Assembly: GCA_963809425.1 (NCBI GenBank)
Contig: CAWEJK010000009.1
Span: 319,982 to 383,981, forward strand
Direction of reading: 5' to 3'
DNA length: 64,000 bases
From: Thermoanaerobaculia bacterium
GTDB taxonomy: Bacteria; Acidobacteriota; Thermoanaerobaculia; UBA5066
Shown: positions 8,548-17,344 of the stretch, piece after piece
Layout of the letters: every line of letters begins with the position of its first letter
Numbering within the stretch: position 1 is the first letter of the stretch
Notes under the pieces: generated by a model
Databases searched by the model: none
The model's input: the letters and a program-made list of their open reading frames with translations, nothing else
What the model was told of the DNA's origin: nothing
Program-made: the position numbers and the translations under genes

Positions 8548-9459
8548 TTACTTCAGCAGCTGCGGCGAGCGCTGGGAACCGTGCACGGCGATGTGACAGG
8601 TCGTGCAGTTCTTGTAGCGCGGCAGCGAGATATTGTGGAAAGAAGGCGGCTGCGAGCCCAGAGTCCCCTTCGCGAGCGTCGAGTGACACTCGAGACACTG
8701 CGAGGCGATCGTGGCCCTCTGCAGCTGGTGGGGATACGAGGAGCCATGCGGGATGTGGCAGCTCGTGCAGTCGCCGGCGACACCGTTGACGTGGGGATAG
8801 ACGAACGGACCGCGCACTTCCGCGTGACAGGAGACGCAGCCGGGCTCACCCGCCCGGGTCTCGCGCACCGCGTGCTTGGCCGAACGGCCGTGCGGGTCGT
8901 GGCAGGACACACAGGAGAGCGCCCCTTCTTTCAGCCTGTGTGCGTACGGAAGCGTCCGGAAGGAGGACGCCGCGTCCTGATGGCAGGTCGCGCAGAGCCG
9001 CGTCGGCTCGGACACGAGCAGGTTCGCCTGCTTCGGGCTCGACTTGTGGATCGCGTGGCACGAGAGGCAGTTGACCGCCTCGGACGACGCATGAACTCCC
9101 GTCTTGAACGACGAGCGCTCCGCGGACTGCTTGTGACAGGTCGCGCACGTCTCGGCGCCGGTACGGCCATGGAGCGTCCGGATGAGGGTCTTGTCCCCCC
9201 CGGCCTCCATGTGCTTCGTCCCGTCGCCGTGACACGTGGCGCAAACCTCGTTGCCCAGGGCGCCCTCGTGGGCGGCGCCGTAGGCACGCGTGTGGGGATT
9301 ACCCGCGAAAATCTTGGCCTCGTCGTGGCAGTCGGCGCACGCGGGGCCGGCCTCCACCTTCGCGGGAGCCGGGCTGGCTGGGGCCTGGGCCGTGGCCACC
9401 CCCGCCGTGAGCACGGCGAGGGCGGCGGCGGCGAATGCCCCGGGCGAGAGGTGTTTCAC
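8548..9459 (-). CDS. Periplasmic decahaem c-type cytochrome, MtrA/DmsE/PioA family
   Basis: 303 aa, GTG start, with signal peptide and exactly ten CxxCH motifs (CADCH, CATCH, CATCH, CLSCH, CATCH, CVSCH, CVSCH, CTSCH, CLECH, CTTCH). About 30 aa per haem is characteristic of the MtrA family. Confidence 0.8.
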   Translation of the reverse strand: MKHLSPGAFAAAALAVLTAGVATAQAPASPAPAKVEAGPACADCHDEAKIFAGNPHTRAYGAAHEGALGNEVCATCHGDGTKHMEAGGDKTLIRTLHGRTGAETCATCHKQSAERSSFKTGVHASSEAVNCLSCHAIHKSSPKQANLLVSEPTRLCATCHQDAASSFRTLPYAHRLKEGALSCVSCHDPHGRSAKHAVRETRAGEPGCVSCHAEVRGPFVYPHVNGVAGDCTSCHIPHGSSYPHQLQRATIASQCLECHSTLAKGTLGSQPPSFHNISLPRYKNCTTCHIAVHGSQRSPQLLK

Positions 9460-9471
9460 GGCCTCTACTCG

Positions 9472-11598
9472 TTACCGCGCGTGAACTTTCGCGACGTCGA
9501 GATCGGTTCCGGTGCCGTGGCAGGTTCCGCAGGCCTCGGCAGGAGCGGTCGGGTCTTTCGGGAAGAACGCCGTGTTGAGGAATGCGTGCGCGGCGACGTC
9601 GCGGCTGTCATGGCAGCCGGTGCATGCGGCAGTCGCCGAGCCGCGCGGGGAGAAGAAGTCGCGATCGGTGACGACCGGAACGTTCGTGAGCGGGAGCGGG
9701 AGCGCGTAGCTGGCCGCGTTCACGTGGCAGGCGAGGCAGTTCCGGCGGTCGCCGGGGTACAGAACCTCGTTGAAGCTGGCCCCGGTGCCGGAGTTGCCGA
9801 AGATCGTGAAGTCCTGCGTCAGATTCTCGCCCGTGTGGATGCGGTGGATCATGCGCGCGAACTCGATCGACTCGCCGGGGGCGTCCTCGGGCTTGGCACG
9901 ACGGGCAAGGTCGGTGCCGTTCGGGTTGTGGCAGATGACACAGTGCTCGATCGTGATGCGCTGGTTGCCGTGCGAGAAGAGGACCTTGAGGTCCTGGTGG
10001 CACGAGTTGCACTTCGTGAGAGAGACGACCGTCCTGCGCGGAACGACCGTCGTGCCCGTGACCGCGAAGGAAAACGGCTGGTTCGGGGCGCCCTCGTTGA
10101 CCGAGGTCGGGCCATTCGTCGGGGCCGGGTTCAGCACGATCGGGCGGCGCGTGTCGATCGAGACGGTGTACGAGCCCTTGGCCGCGGCCGGGAGGGCGTT
10201 CGTGAACGTGTATGTCGCGGTGCCCGTGGCCGCGTCATAAGTGACCGGTGTCCCGCCCGTGGGCGGAATGGCCGGGCTCTCACTGAACGGCTGGCCGTTC
10301 GCGGCCATGCCGGCGTTCGTGTAGTCGGTCGTCGGTCCGCCGAGTTTGATGCTGAGGGAGCCGTTCGAGGAGGTCTTGTAGATAGTCGGGTCGACGAACG
10401 AGCCGTCGCCGTTCTTGAGCTGGAATTTCACGGTGATCTTCTTGCCGGGGCCCGCGTTCGAAACCGAGAGGATCGTGGCCGTGTAGCCCTTGAGCTGGGC
10501 CGAGTGGAGCGGAACGACGTGGGCGTTCTTGATGCCGGCGTCCCACTCGACGTCGCCCTGGGGCTTATGGCAGTCCACGCACGTGCCGTCCGCGGCCGGT
10601 CCGACGTTCGAGTGGTTCGCGCCCGTGACGAAGTTCACGTCGCTGTGGCAGGAGCCGCAGGCCGCGATCGAGGGCTTCGTGTACCAGCTGTCTCCGCCGA
10701 CCGCCGTCTTGTCGTGGCAGGACTCGCAGTTGCGGATGTCCTGCGGGTACGTCATGCCCGGAACGACCTCCTCTTCCAGCCCCGCGTGGATGCGGTGCCA
10801 GAAGACCTGGCCGTTGTACCGGCCGCGGTCCTCGCCCGGCTCGCCGCCCGAGCCGGCGATCAGGCCCGTCATGTTGTTCGGGTTGTGGCACATCGTGCAC
10901 GTCTTGAGGTCACGGTAGTTGCCGCCGTGCAGCGCGAGCGGGTCGTGGCACTGGTTGCACTTCGCGAGCTTCGAGGCGTTCCACGTCGTCGCGACCGCGT
11001 TCGTGGACGGGACGAAGTCCAGGTACTGCGGCACCGCGTAGTACTGCTTGCCGATGATGTCGGTCGTGTTGCGCGCGCCCATGACGGCGAGCGTGTGCGG
11101 CTTCGTCGCGTCCATCGTCGCCGGGAGGGCGTTCGCGAACGTGTACTTGTAGTGGCCGGTCTCGAGCTCCTGGAATGTGCCCGTGTTGTCGCGGCCCGGG
11201 TTCGCGTTCTTGGCTGGGTCCGCGTTGAAGCCGATGTAGTTCGTGTAGTACTTCTTCGTCGCGTCCCAGACGGCCGGGATGAACCGGATCGAGATGACGC
11301 CCGGCGTCAGAAGGCCGTTGCGGTCCAGGGGTCCCTTCAGGTCGTCGGTCATGAAGATCTCGACGACGGGCTTCTGGCCCGCCGCGAAGTTCGTGACCGA
11401 GGCGATCTTCAGGTTGAAGCCCGGGCGGATGTACGTGAGCTGGTCCGGCGCGAGGAAGGCTTCCTTCTGGGTGGACGCGTAGGCCACCGGAACGTCGGCC
11501 GCCGCCGGGGTATGGGGGCTGGTGCGCGTCACGGGCGTCATGGGCACCGCGACGAGACCAGCGAGGAGAGTAAGAGCCGTACGTGATACCAGTGACAT
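9472..11598 (-). CDS. Large secreted/outer-surface decahaem c-type cytochrome, OmcA/MtrC-like
   Basis: 708 aa with an AAGGAGG ribosome-binding site 7 nt upstream of the ATG at 11598 and a signal peptide. Ten CxxCH motifs fall in two penta-haem groups (CNQCH, CTMCH, CESCH, CGSCH, CVDCH; then CNSCH, CVICH, CLACH, CTGCH, CGTCH). A T/S/G-rich beta-domain separates the two groups. Confidence 0.7.
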   Translation of the reverse strand: MSLVSRTALTLLAGLVAVPMTPVTRTSPHTPAAADVPVAYASTQKEAFLAPDQLTYIRPGFNLKIASVTNFAAGQKPVVEIFMTDDLKGPLDRNGLLTPGVISIRFIPAVWDATKKYYTNYIGFNADPAKNANPGRDNTGTFQELETGHYKYTFANALPATMDATKPHTLAVMGARNTTDIIGKQYYAVPQYLDFVPSTNAVATTWNASKLAKCNQCHDPLALHGGNYRDLKTCTMCHNPNNMTGLIAGSGGEPGEDRGRYNGQVFWHRIHAGLEEEVVPGMTYPQDIRNCESCHDKTAVGGDSWYTKPSIAACGSCHSDVNFVTGANHSNVGPAADGTCVDCHKPQGDVEWDAGIKNAHVVPLHSAQLKGYTATILSVSNAGPGKKITVKFQLKNGDGSFVDPTIYKTSSNGSLSIKLGGPTTDYTNAGMAANGQPFSESPAIPPTGGTPVTYDAATGTATYTFTNALPAAAKGSYTVSIDTRRPIVLNPAPTNGPTSVNEGAPNQPFSFAVTGTTVVPRRTVVSLTKCNSCHQDLKVLFSHGNQRITIEHCVICHNPNGTDLARRAKPEDAPGESIEFARMIHRIHTGENLTQDFTIFGNSGTGASFNEVLYPGDRRNCLACHVNAASYALPLPLTNVPVVTDRDFFSPRGSATAACTGCHDSRDVAAHAFLNTAFFPKDPTAPAEACGTCHGTGTDLDVAKVHAR

Positions 11599-11835
11599 CG
11601 TCAGCCTCCTTGCCGGAAATGAATTTGCGAAACGTTAACGAACAGACGTTCGAAGGAAGTGGCCGTTTTCATCCGATGGTCAGAGTAGGAGCAAGGCCAT
11701 ACCGAAGCTTTGATTCAGTTGCATCAAATTACTGCAAGGTACAAGCTTGGGGTTTGTCCGGCACATATTGATCAGAAAGAGGTAATCTCCTCCGAACAGC
11801 AGGTCCGCTTCTCGGAACTCTCGTTGGAGTACCTT

Positions 11836-13509
11836 ATGCGGCGTTTCCGCAACGCATTGCTCGCACTTGGACTTCTCGCGGCGTTCGTGCTGCCGGCCCG
11901 GGCCGACGATGCCTTTCTCCGGAGTGGAACGCTCTCCGTCGGGGTGGCCGACGACTTTTTGAACCAGAAAGCCGAATTCCAGTACGAGCTCCGGACGGAC
12001 GACGGGGAAACCCTCCGCCTTCGCTTCACGGAACCCCCGGAGGGACTCCGGACGGGAGACCGGCTCGCCGTCCACGGGCGCGCCCGCAATGGGGGCTTCG
12101 ACGTCGACGAGGTCGAGCCGCTCGTGGATTCTCGCGCTCCTCTTTCGCCTCCTTCCTCCCGCGAGGCCCTCAGCGCCTGGACCGTCGGTGCCAAACGCGT
12201 GCTCGTCATCCTGGTGAACTTCACGAACGACACCTCGCTGAACGGAACGACCGTCACGAACGCCCAGAATCTCTTCTTCGGCGCCGGCTCGAGCGTGGCG
12301 CGCCTCTACAACGAGGCCTCCTACGGCCTCGTCTCGATGACGGGCGACGTCGCCCTCGTCACGGCCACCGTCGTGAAGCCCACGACGTGCGCCACGGGCA
12401 CGATCCAGTCGCAGGGGAACACGCAGGCCGCGGCGGCCGGCTACAACCTGGCGAGCTACAACTTCGTTCTCTGGGTCTTTCCGGGGATCGGCGCGTGCGG
12501 CTGGAACGGGCTCGGGTACGTGGGCGGGTCGGGCGCGTGGATCAACGGCACGGGGTCGATGGGCCTGCTCGTCGCTGCCCACGAGCTGGGCCACAACTTC
12601 GGCGTCTACCACGCGCACTCGTGGGACTGCGGGGCCGTTCCGATCGCGCCCTCGGGCTGCTCGCGGAGCGAATACGGCGACCGATTCGACGTCATGGGGA
12701 ACTCCCGCGCGGGACACTTCAACGCGCAGTTCAAGGACACCTTCGGATGGCTGCCGGCCGGCTCCGTGAGGGTCCACGGCGGCGGCTCCGCGACGTACAC
12801 GATCGGCGCCCTCGAGGCGCCGGGCGAGTCCGCGTACGCCGTGAGGATCCCGACGGCGATGGCGGGCCGCACGTACTGGATCGAGTGGAGGAACCGGACC
12901 GGCTTCGACGCTCCGGAGCCGGCCACGATCCTGAACGGCGGGCTCATCCGGCTCGCGCCGAGCGCCGTCGGCGGGACCGACCTTCTCGACATGAAGCCCG
13001 CGACGGCGACGTTCGACGACGCCGAGCTCGACGTCGGCGCGACGTTCACGGACCCCGAGCTGTCGCTCACGATCACGGCGCTCTCGAAAACGGCGACGTC
13101 GCTGACGGTTCAGGTGAACTATGCCGCGCCGCCCCCCGCGTCGCTGTTCCACACCTTGACGCCGTGCCGCGTCCTCGACACGCGGAACCCGAGCGGCACG
13201 TACGGCGGTCCGGCGCTCTTCGCGGGCCAGGCCCGCTCGTTCGTGGTCCGCGGCCGCTGCGGCGTGCCCGCGACGGCGAAGTCCATCGCCGGGAATCTCA
13301 CCGTCACGGCCGCCTCGGCCGCCGGCTCGATCCGTCTCGTCCCGGGCGGCGCGCCGGTCACGGGCACGTCCACTTTGAACTTCCAGGCGGGCCAGACCCG
13401 CGCGAACAACGTCGCGATGGCGCTTGGCCCGAGCGGCGACGTCGTCGTCGACGGTCTCCCGACCGGAACCGCGCACGTCATCCTGGACGTCGTCGGCTGG
13501 TTCGAATAA
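11836..13509 (+). CDS. Secreted zinc metallopeptidase, gametolysin (M11)-like HEXXHXXGXXH
   Basis: Internal ATG at 11836 precedes a signal peptide (MRRFRNALLALGLLAAFVLPARA). The motif AAHELGHNFGVYHAHSW matches the HExxHxxGxxH zincin signature. Confidence 0.7.
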   Translation: MRRFRNALLALGLLAAFVLPARADDAFLRSGTLSVGVADDFLNQKAEFQYELRTDDGETLRLRFTEPPEGLRTGDRLAVHGRARNGGFDVDEVEPLVDSRAPLSPPSSREALSAWTVGAKRVLVILVNFTNDTSLNGTTVTNAQNLFFGAGSSVARLYNEASYGLVSMTGDVALVTATVVKPTTCATGTIQSQGNTQAAAAGYNLASYNFVLWVFPGIGACGWNGLGYVGGSGAWINGTGSMGLLVAAHELGHNFGVYHAHSWDCGAVPIAPSGCSRSEYGDRFDVMGNSRAGHFNAQFKDTFGWLPAGSVRVHGGGSATYTIGALEAPGESAYAVRIPTAMAGRTYWIEWRNRTGFDAPEPATILNGGLIRLAPSAVGGTDLLDMKPATATFDDAELDVGATFTDPELSLTITALSKTATSLTVQVNYAAPPPASLFHTLTPCRVLDTRNPSGTYGGPALFAGQARSFVVRGRCGVPATAKSIAGNLTVTAASAAGSIRLVPGGAPVTGTSTLNFQAGQTRANNVAMALGPSGDVVVDGLPTGTAHVILDVVGWFE

Positions 13510-13530
13510 GAGGCCGCCGGGCGGTCCCGG

Positions 13531-14805
13531 TCAGGTGACGGCCGGACCCTCGTCCGCGAAGCGCCGCCAGCGCTCCTCGTCGAGCACACGCCGGAACCGC
13601 GCGACCGCTTCGACGAGGTCGGAAAACCGCGTCGCGAGCGGCGAGAGCCCGAAACGGATCAAGTCGGGCGGCCGGAAGTCGGGAATGACGTTCATCTCCC
13701 CGATGAGCGCGCGGTCTACGGCGAGGCCCTCGGGGTGGCCGAACGAGACGTGCGCGCCGCGCCGCGCGGCGTCGCGCGGCGAACGCAGCGTCACGCCGCG
13801 CGTTTCGAGAGCCGACTCCCACAGGCGCACGAGGAACTCCCCGAGGGCCACGGTCTTCTTCCGGGCCGGCTCGATACCCGCCTCGAGCGCGAGGTCGACA
13901 CCCGCCTCCGCGCCGACGAGCGAAAGGATCGGCGGCGTGCCCACGAGGAACCGCGAGATGTCCCGCGCCGGCTCGTACCCGTCCCGGAACGAGAAGGGCT
14001 CGTGGCGCGAGAACCAGCCGGGAATCGGGTTCTGAAGAGTCTCCTGCAGCGCGCGGCGCACGTAGAGAAAGGCGGGCGCGCCCGGCCCTCCGTTCAGGTA
14101 CTTGTACGTGCAGCCGACCGCGAGATCCGCGCCGGACGCCTCGAGGTCGACCTGGACCGCGCCGACGGAATGGCTGACGTCCCAGAGAACGAGCGCGCCT
14201 TTCGCGTGGGCGCGCGCCGTGACCGCCGGGAGGTCGTGGAGGAATCCGCTCCTGTAAGCGACGTGCGACAGCGACACGAGCGCCGTGTCCTCCGTGATGG
14301 CTGCGCCGAGATCCGCGTCGTCGATCGCGATGCCGTCGCGCGACGGGACGACGACGACGCCGTGTCCCGCCTCCAGGAGGGCCGCCGCGCCTTCGAGGAC
14401 GTAGAGATCCGACGGAAAGTTCAAAGCGTCCGTGACGATCGTGCGGCGTCCGCGCCGCGCCCGGAGCGCCGCCACGGCGAGCTTGAAGAGATTCACGCTG
14501 GTGCCGTCGGACACGGCGACCTCGCCGTCCCCCGCGCCGAGGAGACGCGCGAGCTTGTCGCCGACGCGGCGCGGCGCGTCCACCCACCCGTCGTTCCAGC
14601 CCCGAACGAGGCGCGCGCCCCATTCCTCCTGGACGGCGCGCCCGACGAGAGCCGCCGACCTCTTCGGCAACCGCCCGAGCGAATTGCCGTCGAAATAGAG
14701 GAGGTCCTCGTCGTCGAACACGAACTCGTCGCGGAAGCGCGCAAGCGGGTCCGCGCGGTCGAGCGACCGGGCCTCCTCGCGGAGCGCTTCCCAGGGAATC
14801 GTCAA
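13531..14805 (-). CDS. kynU: Kynureninase-like PLP-dependent enzyme (aminotransferase class V fold)
   Basis: The N-terminal ~175 codons of ORF 13531..15321 are R/G-rich junk overlapping hemL. The real protein starts at a TTG whose last base overlaps the hemL TGA stop (TTGA, 14802-14805). Kynureninase-type motifs are present (LLYFDGNSLGRLPK, ...VGCTYKYLNGGPGAPAFLYV). Confidence 0.55.
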   Translation of the reverse strand: MTIPWEALREEARSLDRADPLARFRDEFVFDDEDLLYFDGNSLGRLPKRSAALVGRAVQEEWGARLVRGWNDGWVDAPRRVGDKLARLLGAGDGEVAVSDGTSVNLFKLAVAALRARRGRRTIVTDALNFPSDLYVLEGAAALLEAGHGVVVVPSRDGIAIDDADLGAAITEDTALVSLSHVAYRSGFLHDLPAVTARAHAKGALVLWDVSHSVGAVQVDLEASGADLAVGCTYKYLNGGPGAPAFLYVRRALQETLQNPIPGWFSRHEPFSFRDGYEPARDISRFLVGTPPILSLVGAEAGVDLALEAGIEPARKKTVALGEFLVRLWESALETRGVTLRSPRDAARRGAHVSFGHPEGLAVDRALIGEMNVIPDFRPPDLIRFGLSPLATRFSDLVEAVARFRRVLDEERWRRFADEGPAVT

Positions 14806-16163
14806 CCGCCGGCCGGAAGTGAAAAGGCCGCTCTCAGCCCGGCTTCGTGAGCCTTCACGGTGGCCGCGACGTCGCGTGCCGTGTGCGCGGTCGAGACGAA
14901 CATCGCTTCGAACTGCGCCGGAGCCACGAAGACGCCGCTCCGGAGCAGCGCGTGGAACCAGCGCTTGAACGCTTCGAGGTCGGACTTCTTCGCGTCGTCG
15001 AAGTTCTTCACGGGGCCCACGGTGAAGAACGGCGTCAGGATCGATCCCACGCGGTTGATCGAGACGCGGTCCTGGACGCCGAGCTTCTTCGCGGCGGCGT
15101 TCAGCCCGCGTTCGAGCTCCTTCGCGGTCTTCTCGAGCTTCACGTAGACGGCGGGCGTCAGGCAATCGAGCATCGCCTTCCCCGCCGCCATCGCGAGCGG
15201 GTTCCCGGAGAGCGTTCCGGCCTGGTACACGGGGCCGTCCGGCGCGATCCGCGCCATGAGGTCCGCGCGGCCGCCGTAGGCGCCGACGGGCAGTCCCCCG
15301 CCGATGATCTTGCCGAGGCACGTCAGGTCGGGCCGGATCCCGTACAGCTCCTGCGCTCCGCCTCTCGCCACCCGAAAGCCGCTGATGACCTCGTCGAAGA
15401 GCAGCAGCGCTCCTTCGCGGTCCGCGATGCGGCGGAGGCCCTCGAGAAAGCCCGGGGCAGGCGCCACGACGCCCATGTTCGCGGCGATCGGCTCGACGGC
15501 GATGACGGCGATGCGCTTCGGATGCGCCCGAAAGAGGTCCTCGACGGACTCCAGGTCGTTGTAACGCGCGGTCAGCGTGAGGCCGGCGAGAGAGCTCGGG
15601 ACGCCGGGCGAGCCCGGAATGCCGAGCGTCGCGAGACCCGAGCCCGCCGAAACGAGAAACGAGTCGGCGTGCCCGTGGTAGCAGCCCGCGAACTTCAGGA
15701 CGAGGTCGCGGCCCGTGGCGCCGCGCGCGAGGCGCAGCGCGCTCATCGCGGCCTCCGTTCCCGAGGACACGAACCGCACCTTCTCGATCGACGGGAAGGC
15801 CTTCGTGACGCGCTCGGCGAGCTCGACCTCCCCCTTCGAAGGCGCGCCGTAGGACGTGCCGCGCGGCAACGCCCTGCGGACCGCCGACAGGACCGGCCCG
15901 TACGCGTGCCCGAACACGAGCGGCCCGTACGACATGACCCAGTCGACGTACCGGTTCCCGTCCGCGTCGATCAGGGTCGCGCCGCGGCCCTTCTTCACGA
16001 AGAACGGCTGGCCGCCCACGGACGCGAACGAGCGCACCGGCGACGACACGCCGCCTGGCATGCGTTTCTTGGCTCGTTCGAAGAGCGCTTCGGATTGAAG
16101 AGTTCTGCGGTGACGCTTTCGACCGGTAGTGGCGCTTCGTGCTGATTTATCGCTCATCGTCAT
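14802..16163 (-). CDS. hemL: Glutamate-1-semialdehyde 2,1-aminomutase
   Basis: 453 aa with family hallmarks (ALFERAKKRMPGGVSSPVRSF, ...DEVISGFRV...). The exact start within the first ~30 codons is uncertain. Confidence 0.9.
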   Translation of the reverse strand: MTMSDKSARSATTGRKRHRRTLQSEALFERAKKRMPGGVSSPVRSFASVGGQPFFVKKGRGATLIDADGNRYVDWVMSYGPLVFGHAYGPVLSAVRRALPRGTSYGAPSKGEVELAERVTKAFPSIEKVRFVSSGTEAAMSALRLARGATGRDLVLKFAGCYHGHADSFLVSAGSGLATLGIPGSPGVPSSLAGLTLTARYNDLESVEDLFRAHPKRIAVIAVEPIAANMGVVAPAPGFLEGLRRIADREGALLLFDEVISGFRVARGGAQELYGIRPDLTCLGKIIGGGLPVGAYGGRADLMARIAPDGPVYQAGTLSGNPLAMAAGKAMLDCLTPAVYVKLEKTAKELERGLNAAAKKLGVQDRVSINRVGSILTPFFTVGPVKNFDDAKKSDLEAFKRWFHALLRSGVFVAPAQFEAMFVSTAHTARDVAATVKAHEAGLRAAFSLPAGG

Positions 16164-16372
16164 GTCGCATTTCTTTCTGCTATGCGGCGGCCGCTTTGCG
16201 GCCGCCGACGGAAGTCAATCTCTGCCCGAATGTCCGGTGTCAAGGGCGCGCTCGCGCGCCGCGCAGCGGTCACCGACCCTTGACATCGGACATTCGGGAG
16301 CACATTCGTTTCTTCGGGTGGCCGCGAATGCGGCCACCGATAGCAGGAACCCCCTCTTTCTTCCCTCTTCTT
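16164..16372. repeat. ~210-bp palindromic MITE/REP-like intergenic element (copy A) between hemL and hemB
   Basis: Terminal inverted repeat CTGCTAT...ATAGCAG. Internal GC hairpins are GCGGCGGCCGC-TTT-GCGGCCGCCG and GGTGGCCGC-GAAT-GCGGCCACC. The central long hairpin is CCCGAATGTCCGG-TGTCAAGGG-[32 nt]-CCCTTGACA-T-CGGACATTCGGG. The element is flanked by pyrimidine tracts (TTTCTTTCTG and CTCTTTCTTCCCTCTTCTTCTAAG). The core is ~85% identical to copy B at 44222-44436. Confidence 0.6.
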
Positions 16373-17344
16373 CTAAGCCAGCCACTCGGCGGCTTCCTTC
16401 GCGTGATACGTGAGGATGAGGTCCGCGCCCGCGCGCCGCATCGACGTGAGGATCTCGAGCGTCACGCGCTTGCCGTCGATCCAGCCGTTCGCCGCCGCGG
16501 CCTTCACCATCGCGTACTCCCCGGACACGTTGTAGCAGGCGACGGGCACGTTCGTGGCCTCCTTCGCCGCGCGGACGACGTCGAGGTACGCGAGCGCGGG
16601 CTTGACCATCACGAGGTCGGCGCCCTCCTCGACGTCCGAGAGGATCTCCTTCACGCCCTCGCGCACGTTCGCCGGATCCATCTGGTAGGAGCGCCGGTCG
16701 CCGAAGGAGGGGGTCGACCCGGCGGCCTCGCGGAACGGGCCGTAGAACCCGGACGCGTACTTCGCGGCGTACGCGAGGAGCGCGACGTCGCGAAATCCCC
16801 CGCCGTCGAGCTTCGCGCGGATCGCGCCGACGCGCCCGTCCATCATGTCGGAAGGCGCGACGACGTCCGCGCCCGCCGCCGCGTGCGCGAGCGCCTGCGC
16901 CGCGAGGAGAGGCAGCGTCGCGTCGTTGTCCACGGTGCCCTCGGCGAGCGCGCCGCAGTGGCCGTGGTCCGTGTACTCGCACAGGCAGACGTCCGTCATG
17001 ACGACCGTGGCCGGGCTCTCGGCCTTGATCGCCCGCACCGCCCGGCAGACCGGGCCCTCGGGATCGGCGCCCGAAGTGCCCATCGCGTCCTTGCGCTCGG
17101 GAATCCCGAAAAGGATCACGGAGAGGACGCCGAGGGAGGCGAGGCCCTTCGCGTCTTTCGCGGCCAGGTCGGCCGAGACCCGGTCGACGCCCGGCATCGA
17201 CGGCACCGGCTGCCGCACGCCGCGTCCCGGCACGACGAAGAGCGGCGCGATGAAGTGCGACGGAGCGAGAGACGTCTCCCGCACGAGCGTCCGCAGGCTC
17301 TCGGAGCGCCGCAGGCGGCGGTAGCGGTGGAGGGGAAAGCTCAT
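16373..17344 (-). CDS. hemB: Porphobilinogen synthase (delta-aminolevulinic acid dehydratase)
   Basis: Internal ATG (MSFPLHRYRRLRRSESLRTLVRE...) is the genuine start; the upstream 40 codons are junk. Conserved active-site lysine regions are present (VAPSDMMDGRV, ...YQMDP...). The start overlaps the hemD stop (ATGA at 17341-17344). Confidence 0.9.
   Translation of the reverse strand: MSFPLHRYRRLRRSESLRTLVRETSLAPSHFIAPLFVVPGRGVRQPVPSMPGVDRVSADLAAKDAKGLASLGVLSVILFGIPERKDAMGTSGADPEGPVCRAVRAIKAESPATVVMTDVCLCEYTDHGHCGALAEGTVDNDATLPLLAAQALAHAAAGADVVAPSDMMDGRVGAIRAKLDGGGFRDVALLAYAAKYASGFYGPFREAAGSTPSFGDRRSYQMDPANVREGVKEILSDVEEGADLVMVKPALAYLDVVRAAKEATNVPVACYNVSGEYAMVKAAAANGWIDGKRVTLEILTSMRRAGADLILTYHAKEAAEWLA

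Noticed and set aside
8443-11586. 1047-aa plus-strand ORF, with similar very long ORFs at 2728-4224 (+), 26769-29369 (-), 14847-16145 (+), 16139-17623 (+), 50162-52981 (+) and 53090-56029 (+)
   Set aside because: R/G/A/P-rich translations with no motifs, lying antisense to strongly supported genes. These are typical shadow ORFs of ~70% GC DNA where stop codons are rare.
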